DNA of 47,020 nucleotides from an uncultured Candidatus Saccharimonadales bacterium. GTDB taxonomy: Bacteria; Patescibacteriota; Saccharimonadia; UBA4664; SCTI01. How positions within the stretch are numbered: position 1 is the first letter of the stretch; each line of letters starts with the position of its first letter. Under the pieces are notes generated by a model. It worked only from the letters and a program-made list of their open reading frames with translations. It was not told the origin of the DNA and did no database searches. This document shows positions 1 through 8,782 of the stretch, piece after piece. Both the position numbers and the translations under genes were made by a program. The DNA lies in NCBI GenBank assembly GCA_964423965.1, contig CAYRGI010000001.1:15872-62891 (forward strand), read 5' to 3'.

Positions 1-31
1 GACCGGGGTGCGATTCCCCGCAGCTCCACCA
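1..31 (+). ncRNA. 3' end of a tRNA-like RNA (T-arm, acceptor 3' strand, discriminator A, encoded CCA), truncated by the window edge. Most consistent with tmRNA (ssrA) or an Ala-type tRNA acceptor.
   Basis: Positions 4-8 CGGGG, 9-15 TGCGATT and 16-20 CCCCG form a 5-bp T-stem with a 7-nt loop. Next come CAGCTCC (21-27), A (28) and CCA (29-31). The string CAGCTCCACCA matches the 3' terminus I recall for E. coli tmRNA and is close to tRNA-Ala. The T-loop has G where the near-universal U55 would sit, so the assignment is uncertain. Confidence 0.5.
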
Positions 32-36
32 AAAGG

Positions 37-62
37 GCGCCAGAGAGATCTGGTGCTTTTTT
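37..62 (+). terminator. Rho-independent terminator of the tRNA-like RNA
   Basis: GCGCCAGA (37-44) pairs with TCTGGTGC (49-56): 8 bp including one G-U, with a GAGA loop. A run of six T follows (57-62). Confidence 0.7.
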
Positions 63-147
63 GATCACAGTGTAAGGACTATTTACAAATCATAAGAATT
101 ATGGTAAAATATTGGCTGTCCTTGAAAATCTATTCTTTGGAGTTCAC

Positions 148-591
148 ATGGAAACAGGTGAGCATAGAACAATCGACGAGAACAAGCGCGTCGTTGATGA
201 GTGGTGGATCTCAATCCTCAGTCCTCTCGGGTTTGAGACCGACAAGCCGACCTACCCGGTCGATCCGCAATTCGATTTGAGCGACCTCCAAGATGCTCTC
301 TTTGCTGGCACCTTCGCCGCGAGGGCAACCATCGAAGTGAGCATCGAGGACGCAGATCGGACGGTCTCTGTCGTGGTCGATTCCGTCAGGGCTGTATTCC
401 CCGATGATTCAGACCCCGATCGGGTGGGCAGAAGTCTGGGCCCCTATCCGTACCCGGACTGGTACGTCGAGGGGCATTTGCCGATCGATCCACTGAATCC
501 GGAAGTCGTGCTTTTTCAGATGTACGTCCGCGCTGACTCCAGCGATGGATCGATCACACACGAGTACGATTCTTTCTTCCAGTTTGTATAA
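148..591 (+). CDS. Hypothetical acidic protein, no recognisable motif
   Basis: The ORF is open from the TTG at 112. That TTG lies 1 nt after a TGgTAAAAT extended -10 (103-110), so the ATG at 148 (GGAG 6 nt upstream) is the more plausible start. Codon usage looks GC-richer than in neighbouring core genes. Confidence 0.55.
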   Translation: METGEHRTIDENKRVVDEWWISILSPLGFETDKPTYPVDPQFDLSDLQDALFAGTFAARATIEVSIEDADRTVSVVVDSVRAVFPDDSDPDRVGRSLGPYPYPDWYVEGHLPIDPLNPEVVLFQMYVRADSSDGSITHEYDSFFQFV

Positions 592-783
592 GGGAAGGAA
601 TTCCAGGGACTTATGCCCCGCACGAGCGAGTTGCACCAGCAAAGGTGTGAGCCTCGCTACGGCGGGGCTTTCACTTTTCTAGATTCACATATCTGTAAAA
701 AACTGCTATTATCAACCAACTTTGACAAAAGCCTTAGCGGAACGCTTTGGCCGATTTGGACGGAACGTCCAAGGAGCGCTTAA

Positions 784-1746
784 ATGCCTCAATCTCAAAG
801 TAGTATCAGAAAGTTCATGGAGCAGTATCCGTTTTTGGTCAAGATCAGGTCTTGGGCATCTCGCGTGGGCGAGGATCTAGCGGCACTTGAGAAGACATCT
901 ATCCGTGTTGAGCGGGCAGATGCCAATTTGATGTTCAGGATCCCATCTGACCAGGATTGCTATGGGAGTTTCATCCGGCACCTCGATAAACCGTGGATCG
1001 GGTCATTGAAGGAGTCCTTCTACGCGGTAAATCGCCAAGGCGAACCTGGCAATAAGAGAGATCTCAAGCACGGCCCCGGTAACTACGTGCGAGATCTTTT
1101 CAATAGGCCTATTAGGGATTGGCTTAGCAGCGGTCAAGACCCATTCGAGACAATCCAGTACGTCGTTTGGGTTAGCTCCACGATCTGGAGGGTTGAGGAG
1201 GAAGAGACGGATTTCGATAATCCCACATCAAAGCCAGTTTCGGTGAGCGTGGATATCACAGTCTTCAGGGAGCCGAAAGAAGGGTGGATGCGCCTTTACG
1301 TAAATTCTGACCCTCTGGAGAATGTCATTCTCCGCGGCAGCGGACTTTGGCCTAACTCTGGTGTGGACGAAGAATTCCGTGAGGTCGCAAATGACAGACT
1401 CTCTAGGCTCGCCATCAGATTCGATCATGAGGTGGTGAGGCAAGGCCTTTGGCCGGTCATTGATCGGTCTAGGTGTAAGGGCATGTCAGGGCAGCTCGGA
1501 GACGTGAAGATCATAACGTATGTGGTCCTTGGCGGATTGCTCATTCGGCTTGAAAGAGGTGCCACAGGAATTACCTTCCGAGGAGTGGAAGACGAAAAGT
1601 CGAATCTCGGCTTCAGCAGTATCCAAGGGATGCTGCCAGACGCAACAAGCATCGTCACCGACGCATCAGCTTGGTGGGCAAGGATGACCGAGGAAGAGAG
1701 AAGTTGCGCCATTAAGGACAACCCGCGTGTGAATATGGGGATTTAG
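784..1746 (+). CDS. Hypothetical protein (320 aa), no recognisable motif
   Basis: Long ORF with AAGGAG 8 nt upstream of the ATG. The antisense ORFs at 1228-1443 and 1425-1721 are shadows. Confidence 0.65.
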   Translation: MPQSQSSIRKFMEQYPFLVKIRSWASRVGEDLAALEKTSIRVERADANLMFRIPSDQDCYGSFIRHLDKPWIGSLKESFYAVNRQGEPGNKRDLKHGPGNYVRDLFNRPIRDWLSSGQDPFETIQYVVWVSSTIWRVEEEETDFDNPTSKPVSVSVDITVFREPKEGWMRLYVNSDPLENVILRGSGLWPNSGVDEEFREVANDRLSRLAIRFDHEVVRQGLWPVIDRSRCKGMSGQLGDVKIITYVVLGGLLIRLERGATGITFRGVEDEKSNLGFSSIQGMLPDATSIVTDASAWWARMTEEERSCAIKDNPRVNMGI

Positions 1747-1957
1747 AGCCCTCAAGTAGTTGCCAAGAGCTCCTACCTGGGGGCTCTTGTGCTATTATCT
1801 GAGTGCGCATCTGCCGTTGTCCTCAAAACAACACGCGCAACTCGTTGTAATTTTAGTGTGGGTAATTACTATAATCGCCCGAATAACCGATGTTCGGTTG
1901 GTGGGTAAAATGTGTATTCATAAGTAAACTTTAAGCCCCCGCCAGATGGCGAGGGCC

Positions 1958-3052
1958 TTAGTCACTTACTTTAAATAGGTGATCTACGGGTGTGTAGTCG
2001 ATCCTTTCTGAAGTTTCGAGTCTACCCAAGGTGTAATAGTGGGCGTTGGGTACGTTTAGCTCGCATCTTCCCCTAACAGGGCACCTCTTGCATGACCGCT
2101 CAAACTTGGCCTGGTCCTCGCCGTTAAGAAACATATCCACGTCGTGAACTGTTACCTCAGTAGATCTGGCGGCGTACTCACCCTTACTGCTCATGTTGCC
2201 AGGGTTGTATTTGCAGAGAGATCTCGATAGGAGCCAAACCGCATCGGCTACTTCGTTGGTGCTAAACCCACGAAGCTTTATGTAATCGAGGTACATAGAC
2301 CTCAGAACGGCCTGTAGGGCATCAAGCTCGCCCGATCTTACCACCAGCACCTTTTTGCGCCTGCTCCGATAAACAATCCTTGTTGAGATCGCAATCCTGT
2401 TAAAGTGAAAGTCAATCGGAGGTGGGTACAAGAACGGCTGGAGTAGACCAGTCTCGATCCAGAAGTAGCAGATCATGCTGACCATCTTGTACTGGAAGCC
2501 TGGGAAGCCAGACGATCCAGCGTTACGAATAAGCCTAACGGCATCATGATAATCGGCAATCTGATCTACTATCTGAAGAACCTTTCCACCGAACTGCTCG
2601 TACACGATCTGGGCCGAGTTGATCCAGTCGATGGCAAAGCGGTGAGGCTCATTTGGCGGATCTTGCAGCCCAGACTTGAGACCTGGGATTTCGAGTGTTT
2701 TCTCTCGTTGGTCCAGCTTTTTGAGGCCGAGGAGCTCTGTCAGAAGCAGCGGGTCCATCTTGCGGGCGTATCTCGGGTCAAATGGCCTGGATCCGCCTCG
2801 TCCCATTGTCTGGTCGTACATTTCGACCATCGCCTTGAGCCCGGTGTCGCTATCGATCCCACCACGCATCAGCATGCAAGCAAAGAACCAGAAACGGGCT
2901 TCGGCTTCTCCGCCACGCTTCAACTTCTTGGGCAACTCAAATCCGTCGAGCATGCCTTTTCTGGTGTTGTAAGGGTACGCACCTCTTTTGTACCGGTCCA
3001 GGATCGCATCCAGGACCAGTTCGGCGCGCTTTGCGTCGACCAAAAAGGTCAT
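1958..3052 (-). CDS. Putative divergent HhH-GPD / endonuclease III-like DNA glycosylase with an Fe-S cluster loop
   Basis: The 364-aa ORF contains GFPGFQYKMVSMICYFW followed by PPPIDFHFNRIAISTRIV. This resembles the EndoIII helix-hairpin-helix plus the catalytic-Asp segment (..GVGRKTA.. / ..VDTHIFRV..). The C-terminal CKRCPVRGRC fits the C-x2-C-x5-C part of the EndoIII [4Fe-4S] loop, with a further Cys upstream (SLCKYNPG). The match was made by eye only. Confidence 0.5.
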   Translation of the reverse strand: MTFLVDAKRAELVLDAILDRYKRGAYPYNTRKGMLDGFELPKKLKRGGEAEARFWFFACMLMRGGIDSDTGLKAMVEMYDQTMGRGGSRPFDPRYARKMDPLLLTELLGLKKLDQREKTLEIPGLKSGLQDPPNEPHRFAIDWINSAQIVYEQFGGKVLQIVDQIADYHDAVRLIRNAGSSGFPGFQYKMVSMICYFWIETGLLQPFLYPPPIDFHFNRIAISTRIVYRSRRKKVLVVRSGELDALQAVLRSMYLDYIKLRGFSTNEVADAVWLLSRSLCKYNPGNMSSKGEYAARSTEVTVHDVDMFLNGEDQAKFERSCKRCPVRGRCELNVPNAHYYTLGRLETSERIDYTPVDHLFKVSD

Positions 3053-3219
3053 GGATTGCTCCTTGGGTTGGTTGCAAACATTGTAGCATTACAGGTTAAA
3101 ACACGAAAACAATGTTCAATTTTACAAACAATTATTTGGCCTTTTTTGATTTGTGATTTTGTTTCATGTTACCTGTTGAACCAACAGTTAGCATTAACAC
3201 ACTAATTAAAGGAGGGGGA

Positions 3220-3456
3220 ATGGGTGGCGATACAAAAACTAAGGCAGGCTCGGCAACCGCCGTACTGCTGGATAGAACCGAGGATAATTGCCTAGTCCTA
3301 AGGTTCTTATTAAGTGACGTGGTCTGGGACGTACACACAAAGGAAGTGAGGTTAACTCCAGATCTTGCAGAGCAACTGCTCAAAATGCTCGAAGTAGAAA
3401 TGAGCTCCGAGACTCATGAACTTCAGAGCAACCTTAAATATCAGTTTGCGATATAG
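3220..3456 (+). CDS. Small hypothetical protein (78 aa)
   Basis: The ATG at 3220 is preceded by a strong AAAGGAGGGGG ribosome-binding site (3208-3218). No motif was recognised. Confidence 0.5.
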   Translation: MGGDTKTKAGSATAVLLDRTEDNCLVLRFLLSDVVWDVHTKEVRLTPDLAEQLLKMLEVEMSSETHELQSNLKYQFAI

Positions 3457-3459
3457 ATA

Positions 3460-5034
3460 TTAAGGAGAGAAGTTAAAATAGGTTCTGGGCTGATTGAGCA
3501 CGCCAGTTGATGGTTGTAGCGATTTCAGCCCTGCACTAATAGTTTGATCGGTAGGGAAGAAGTAGAGGTACTCTCCGGTGACACTCGTTGGTTTTTTTGC
3601 AACGAGTGGAAGGACTGCACCGGATGAGTTGAGGACCCCATAAGCGCATGTACTCATGTTGCCAGGGCAACTCAACTTCATCCCAATCTGGTTCGATAGG
3701 CTATAAGTTGGCGCTTGTAATGATCGCAGCATCTCGTATACGTCTAAGCGGCCTGCTCCATAAATGTTGCTCTTTAGCTCGGTACCCATACCGGCAACCT
3801 TGTCGGCGGACACTACCACAGCATCAACTGCCTTTGTAGGGGTTGCGCCGTTCTTGATAGCAACTGTGATCGCGCCGGCTACTACAGGCGAGGCGAATGA
3901 TGTGCCGATACCACCGCAAACGCTGGCGGCAGTTTCGTCGTATGGGAACCATCGATACGAGCACATTCCGACTCCAGGAGCAACAATATCAATGTTGTCG
4001 CCCCAGTTAGAAAAACTGGCTAAGACGTCATTCTGGTCAGATGCTCCAACAGCTACGACTTCTGGGAAGTTTGCTGGGTATCGCACGCAATCGCATGATT
4101 CGTTACCAGCCGATGCAACAACTACAACACCTTTATTCACGGCATATTGTATTTGCTCGTGCAACCACTCATCAGGGTACACGCTGCCGAGTGACATATT
4201 AATTACATCAACACCGTTATCTGCTGCGTATCTTATAGCCAACCCAACCGCAAGGGTGTCACCAAGGCCGTCGTCACCTAATGCTTGAAGAGGAAGTATT
4301 TTTGCACCTTCGGCAATGCCTTTTAACCCGTTATAAGGAGCACCTGCAGCTAGACCGGCAACAAATGTCCCATGGGAGGTATATAGGCCATCTGGGAACT
4401 GTAGGCCTGTCTTTGGGTCATTATCGTCCGACATAAAGTCCCATCCTCGCCAATCATCTATATATCCGTTGCCGTCGTCATCAATATTGTTGCAATTTTT
4501 ATTGAGCGCTAGACCTCGACTAGTACAGTTAGGGGCAGAACCTTCAGTAACTGTTGTGCCGATCTCGGCGGGATTTGTCAGCCAGGTTGAGCTTAAGCCC
4601 AGATGGTTGAGCGCAAAACCGGTATCAATGACAGCAATCTTTTTACCAGTGGCGTCCATGGACTGAAGGTTGCTCTTGATTGTAGTTGGGTGCCATGCCG
4701 TTAACTGAGCAGAGAAGTCTTGGCCTATCTCCCCGTGAGCCTTGTATGGGTAATTTGGATACTTGCCATCAATAAGAGCGAATTGTGGGGGACGGTTCTT
4801 TTTTACACTCGTTGTAGTTTGAGCCACGAGTGGTGTTGAAGTTGACGGGTTTTCAAATAAAGCCGATAAGTCAGCATTGTTGTAAGCTAAAGATCCGGTA
4901 GCGCCAGATGGTTCATTTGTAATTACAACATTTGTATTCCGGTGAATATAGTCTGAAGCAATGCAAATAGTAACGATAAAGGTCATCGCTAGTAGCAAAA
5001 ATACTTCAGAATGTTTTTTTGTTTTTTGTTTCAC
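3460..5034 (-). CDS. Secreted subtilisin-like serine protease (peptidase S8)
   Basis: The catalytic triad contexts are present: VIDTGF (Asp), HGTFVAGLAAG (His) and GTSFASPVVAG (Ser). There is an N-terminal signal/anchor MKQKTKKHSEVFLLLAMTFIVTICIA. The start codon is GTG. Confidence 0.9.
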   Translation of the reverse strand: MKQKTKKHSEVFLLLAMTFIVTICIASDYIHRNTNVVITNEPSGATGSLAYNNADLSALFENPSTSTPLVAQTTTSVKKNRPPQFALIDGKYPNYPYKAHGEIGQDFSAQLTAWHPTTIKSNLQSMDATGKKIAVIDTGFALNHLGLSSTWLTNPAEIGTTVTEGSAPNCTSRGLALNKNCNNIDDDGNGYIDDWRGWDFMSDDNDPKTGLQFPDGLYTSHGTFVAGLAAGAPYNGLKGIAEGAKILPLQALGDDGLGDTLAVGLAIRYAADNGVDVINMSLGSVYPDEWLHEQIQYAVNKGVVVVASAGNESCDCVRYPANFPEVVAVGASDQNDVLASFSNWGDNIDIVAPGVGMCSYRWFPYDETAASVCGGIGTSFASPVVAGAITVAIKNGATPTKAVDAVVVSADKVAGMGTELKSNIYGAGRLDVYEMLRSLQAPTYSLSNQIGMKLSCPGNMSTCAYGVLNSSGAVLPLVAKKPTSVTGEYLYFFPTDQTISAGLKSLQPSTGVLNQPRTYFNFSP

Positions 5035-5158
5035 CGATATATCGGGTATTACAGCTAAAATTTTACCATAAGAGCTATGTTTTCAATAGAAAAATTGTTA
5101 TTCAGCAATATCTCAGATAGATGGTATAGTCTTTTTCTGTATTCAAGATAGGAAATAG

Positions 5159-5548
5159 ATGAGTAAAGGACTAAAAATAGGATTAATTTCGCTTGCATTA
5201 ATAGGGTCAATTATCTTGACAGGTGCAATGCTGGCATACCTTAGCACACAGCCAAATAGCTCTCCGGTTTCATTAGTAACGGGAGCAAACAAGACTTCAA
5301 GCTCAGCCAATGTAATTACGCTTGATCAGCTGGCTCAAAAAAATGGGTTAAATGGAAGCGATTGTTACGTTGCCATTGATACTAAAGTGTACTTGGTGAA
5401 AGGGTTTGCATCTTGGGAGATGGGTAGACATACTCCCGCCGATAGCAGTGTTACTTGTGGCAAGGACTTAACGCAGGCACTACAAGAGTCACCTCATGGA
5501 GCAAAAGTGTTGAGAAAATTGCCTGTTGTTGGAACGCTCCAGAATTAA
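5159..5548 (+). CDS. Membrane-anchored cytochrome b5-like heme/steroid-binding domain protein
   Basis: An N-terminal TM helix is followed by CYVAIDTKVYLVKGFASWEMGRHTPADSSVTCGKDLTQALQESPHG. This fits the bacterial cyt-b5-like pattern (VYDV..W..G.H...G.D.T......H). Confidence 0.5.
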   Translation: MSKGLKIGLISLALIGSIILTGAMLAYLSTQPNSSPVSLVTGANKTSSSANVITLDQLAQKNGLNGSDCYVAIDTKVYLVKGFASWEMGRHTPADSSVTCGKDLTQALQESPHGAKVLRKLPVVGTLQN

Positions 5549-7197
5549 GCTTCAGATATTCGAATAATTTCAGAGATTGTCGTAACACCAGACAACGCTT
5601 TTTTTACACCATCTTCTAGAAGCGTCATCATGCCATTCTTGATAGCGACGACCTCAATATCTTGAGAGGTAGTTCTTGTAACCTGTGTCATCAACTTCTC
5701 AATATCTGGTGTAATTAGCATCATCTCGATAATGGCAACGCGACCCTTATACCCAATGCCGTGACACTCAGGGCAACCTTTGCCGTGCTTTAGCCTAAGA
5801 GTGTTGTCAATTTTTGGGCGCCTTTCCTCTGGAAAATGCTCAATAGCTCGCTTAATGTAATCTAGCTCTTCCTTTGTTGGTTCGCGTTCTTCAATGCAAT
5901 GAGGGCAAAGTCTACGGGCAAGACGTTGTGCAATAATCATGCGAATAGCAGATGCAAAGAGAGGATTTTGCCCAATCATGTCTAGCATACGGCTTACAGC
6001 TGCTGAGGCACTTCCGGCGTGGAAGGTAGAAAGCACAAGGTGCCCTGTTAAAGCAGCCTGAAGTGCGGTCTTTGCAGTATCAACGTCGCGGATCTCACCA
6101 ATCATTACAACGTTTGGATCCTCGCGCATTACCGCTCGAAGTTTTTCGGCAAAAAGTTCCTTGTCATCGGTACGAACCGGCACCTGACTTACGCCATCGA
6201 GGTCGTACTCAACAGGGTCTTCAAGAGTAACAATCTTTACTTCGGGGTTATTTAGCCGGTTGATCATTGCATACAAAGTGGAAGTTTTACCTGAACCCGT
6301 AGGTCCGACTGTTAATACCATCCCATTAGGGTGGCTACTGACCTCATCGATCTTCTTTACCTGATCGGGTGAGAAGCCCATCGTCTCGAGCTGAAGGTTT
6401 CGAGTTTCGTCATTAAAGATACGTACTACAATCTCCTCGCCGTGGAAGGTTGGTATGGTCTCGATGCGCATATTAACGTTAGTCCAGTTGGTGGTGTGGT
6501 CCATTAACCTGTAACTTATGCGGCCACTCTGAGGTTCATCAGACCCCCACTTAATTTCGGCACGGGTTTGGAGGTCGCTCAAGAAAATTTCGTAAGCCTT
6601 TGTATTAACCGTGCTGATTGGGTGTAAAATTCCATCAATTCGGAATCGAATCCTGGCTTCGTTAGGTTGGGGCTCGATATGTATATCTGAGGATCTCAAC
6701 CAATAAGCAAGCTGCGCTATGTATTGAAATGCCTCTTTAGGGGCGGATTTTGCCAGCTTTTCGCCAAAGAGCTTAAAGTCGCCACTTCTTTCGGCGTCGA
6801 ACTGCAGATAGTAGACCTGATTCAGTATCTCGTCGAACCCTATAGTAGAAATTGTTTTAAATGTAATCTGGGTGTGCGCCAGCTTCTGTTGTAGTTCAGG
6901 CAGCTTAGCCAGATCGGTAAGACTAGTTACTCCAAACTCAAGGCTGTGATCGTTGTACTGGTGAAGGGGCGCAACCTTAAACTCCCGCATTTCATCCAGA
7001 GTAAGAAAATTACTCATAGGTACAATTTGCTCGATCGTACGAGAATCGTAGTAGGGGAAGCCTCTTTTTACAGCTTCGTCAGCTGTTTTTTGTTCCAGTT
7101 GATCACGATCAATTTTTGCATCATTGTCAGGGCCTGCATTTACTTTTGTAGGCTGCTTGGTTGGTGCATTTACTACCTTTGGAGTAGTCGGTTCCAT
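5545..7197 (-). CDS. pilB: Type IV pilus assembly / type II secretion ATPase (PilB/GspE family)
   Basis: Walker A GPTGSGKTS is present, with the conserved GspE core (IGEIRD, STFHAGSA) and a C-terminal CPHC..CPEC tetracysteine. The ORF stays open to a TTG at 7332. The ATG at 7197 has CTTATGC-TAAAGT-7 nt upstream, which fits a leaderless-type promoter and removes the overlap with the divergent LCP gene. Confidence 0.88.
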   Translation of the reverse strand: MEPTTPKVVNAPTKQPTKVNAGPDNDAKIDRDQLEQKTADEAVKRGFPYYDSRTIEQIVPMSNFLTLDEMREFKVAPLHQYNDHSLEFGVTSLTDLAKLPELQQKLAHTQITFKTISTIGFDEILNQVYYLQFDAERSGDFKLFGEKLAKSAPKEAFQYIAQLAYWLRSSDIHIEPQPNEARIRFRIDGILHPISTVNTKAYEIFLSDLQTRAEIKWGSDEPQSGRISYRLMDHTTNWTNVNMRIETIPTFHGEEIVVRIFNDETRNLQLETMGFSPDQVKKIDEVSSHPNGMVLTVGPTGSGKTSTLYAMINRLNNPEVKIVTLEDPVEYDLDGVSQVPVRTDDKELFAEKLRAVMREDPNVVMIGEIRDVDTAKTALQAALTGHLVLSTFHAGSASAAVSRMLDMIGQNPLFASAIRMIIAQRLARRLCPHCIEEREPTKEELDYIKRAIEHFPEERRPKIDNTLRLKHGKGCPECHGIGYKGRVAIIEMMLITPDIEKLMTQVTRTTSQDIEVVAIKNGMMTLLEDGVKKALSGVTTISEIIRISEA

Positions 7198-7204
7198 ACC
7201 TTGA

Positions 7205-7210
7205 ACTTTA
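7205..7210 (-). promoter_or_regulatory. -10 element (TAAAGT, preceded by TGc) 7 nt upstream of the proposed pilB ATG
   Basis: The minus strand reads CTTATGC TAAAGT TCAAGGT ATG. Confidence 0.4.
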
Positions 7211-7286
7211 GCATAAGAGGAAAACTCCTTCCACCTAAAATTATCGCACTCATGCTTGAATTTTTGGTACAATGGGTTGGTAGTAT

Positions 7287-8702
7287 ATGCGTGACGAAAT
7301 AGTAATTCATCAGGATGAACTTGACCTTCCAAAGCGGAGGTCTGTTAGCGGTTTGTCAGAATCAAATGGTGATGGTCCAGAACCTCAACAGAGAATAAAG
7401 TTGAAGCGAAAGTTCAACTGGAAGCGTATGTTTAAGCTCCTGGCAGTTGCCTTGGGGCTATTTGCGGTTGCAGTAGCTATTTTTCTACTAACGAACCTAC
7501 TTAAGGTTACGGGCAACCCTTTCAGTTTTGGTGCTCTCAAGGGTGAGAAAGACGGCAGGGTTAACATCATGATGCTTGGTGTAGGCGATCCTGGGCATGA
7601 CGGTGAAAAGTTGAGTGATACAAACATGATCATCAGTGTCGATACCAAGAATAAACAGGTTGCAATTATAAGTATTCCTAGAGACCTTCGGGTTAAGATT
7701 CCAGGATACGGTTATAGCAAGATCAATAATGCCCATGCCCAGGGGGGTATTGAGGGAGCAAAGGAGGTCTACGAAGAAACGTTTGGAATTCCTATTCATT
7801 ATTATGTTAAGGCAAACTTCACCGGTCTAAAGCAGGTCGTCGATGCAGTTGGAGGCGTTGATGTTGAAAATAAAACAATGTTGTACGACCCTGAATACCC
7901 GTGTGATAAGAACCAATATAAGATGTGTGGGTTTAAATTGGCGGCTGGTCAGCACCATCTTGATGGAGCGACTGCACTTAAATATGCCAGATGTCGCAAA
8001 GGCACTTGTGGGGACGACTTCGGTCGTGCCGAGCGTCAGCAGCAGATCATGGACTCGATACGCGAGCGAGCTACATCAGCTGGCGTTCTGGCAAATCCCG
8101 TTGCGCTTGGGAAGTTGGTCAATGCCGCAGGCGACAACATTGATACCGATCTAAGCGTCAATAATGTCCTTCGCCTAAACGAGATAACAAAGGACATGGA
8201 TAAGTCAAAGACTATTCGCGTTGTCTTCAATATTGACGAGGGTGGCTTCTTGGTTAGCTCTGGCAATTCAAGCGACCTGCTTCCGAAGGGTGGCAGCTTT
8301 GATGACATCCAGGCATTCGTCAAAAACGTATTCAAGTACGGTCCAATATGGATGGAGAAGCCAACGGTACTTGTTGAGAATGGTACAACGACTCCAGGTG
8401 TGGCAGGCGCATTTCAAAAGCAGCTCGATAAGGATGGATACAATATAAACGTGCTCGCCGTAACAAATGCGACCGAACGCAATTATACTCAAACCAAGAT
8501 TATTGATTATACAAATGGTCAAAAGCCAAACAGCATAAACTATCTCCAAGGTCTTCTTAAGGTACAGGCAACTCCTCCTGAAAAGCCACTTAAGAACCCG
8601 CCAGCTGACATAGTCATTATCCTTGGTAGTGATTACGCTTCTACGGTTCAAACAACTGGTTCATCCGCCGCTACCGGAACAAGCTCAAGAACTGTTAGAT
8701 AA
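7287..8702 (+). CDS. LytR-CpsA-Psr (LCP) family cell-envelope glycopolymer transferase with a LytR_C-like C-terminal domain
   Basis: A cytoplasmic N-terminus and TM helix (LLAVALGLFAVAVAIFLL) are followed by the LCP core NIMMLGVGD...SDTNMIISVDTKNKQVAIISIPRDL...KINNAHAQGG. The C-terminal VLVENGTTTPGVAG...INV is typical of LytR_C. Confidence 0.85.
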   Translation: MRDEIVIHQDELDLPKRRSVSGLSESNGDGPEPQQRIKLKRKFNWKRMFKLLAVALGLFAVAVAIFLLTNLLKVTGNPFSFGALKGEKDGRVNIMMLGVGDPGHDGEKLSDTNMIISVDTKNKQVAIISIPRDLRVKIPGYGYSKINNAHAQGGIEGAKEVYEETFGIPIHYYVKANFTGLKQVVDAVGGVDVENKTMLYDPEYPCDKNQYKMCGFKLAAGQHHLDGATALKYARCRKGTCGDDFGRAERQQQIMDSIRERATSAGVLANPVALGKLVNAAGDNIDTDLSVNNVLRLNEITKDMDKSKTIRVVFNIDEGGFLVSSGNSSDLLPKGGSFDDIQAFVKNVFKYGPIWMEKPTVLVENGTTTPGVAGAFQKQLDKDGYNINVLAVTNATERNYTQTKIIDYTNGQKPNSINYLQGLLKVQATPPEKPLKNPPADIVIILGSDYASTVQTTGSSAATGTSSRTVR

Positions 8703-8782
8703 GCTTACGTTGCATTAGCCAAACCTTTTTGGTAGAGTTTGGGCACTTCAGTGGTGGAGAGAACCTTCAAGAAAGGAGACTC

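Noticed and set aside
112-147. TTG at 112 as the start of the first island ORF (ORF track 112-591).
   Set aside because: It sits 1 nt after the TAAAAT -10 hexamer, so it would be upstream of the transcription start. The ATG at 148 with GGAG upstream is preferred.
2546-3205. Long antisense or overlapping ORFs: 409-642, 1228-1721, 2546-3205, 2676-2972, 3764-4288, 6946-7302, 8268-8651, 24342-24704, 25458-25829, 34043-34633, 41036-41476, 43953-44384.
   Set aside because: Each lies entirely opposite or inside a longer ORF with clear family motifs or low-complexity repeats. Their translations are low-complexity or Cys/Arg/Ser-rich shadows without start-site signals.
3050-3460. Search for an attR-type direct repeat of the tRNA-like 3' end (positions 1-31) and for an integrase at the island boundary.
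   Set aside because: Reading by eye, I found neither a repeat of GATTCCCCGCAGCTCCACCA nor any integrase/recombinase ORF. The island call is therefore left as a hypothesis, not a mobile_element feature.
7198-7332. A 45-codon N-terminal extension of pilB from a TTG, overlapping the divergent LCP gene start.
   Set aside because: The extension has no PilB-like sequence and would overlap the 7287 start on the other strand. An ATG at 7197 with a promoter-like CTTATGC-TAAAGT-7 nt context explains the locus better.
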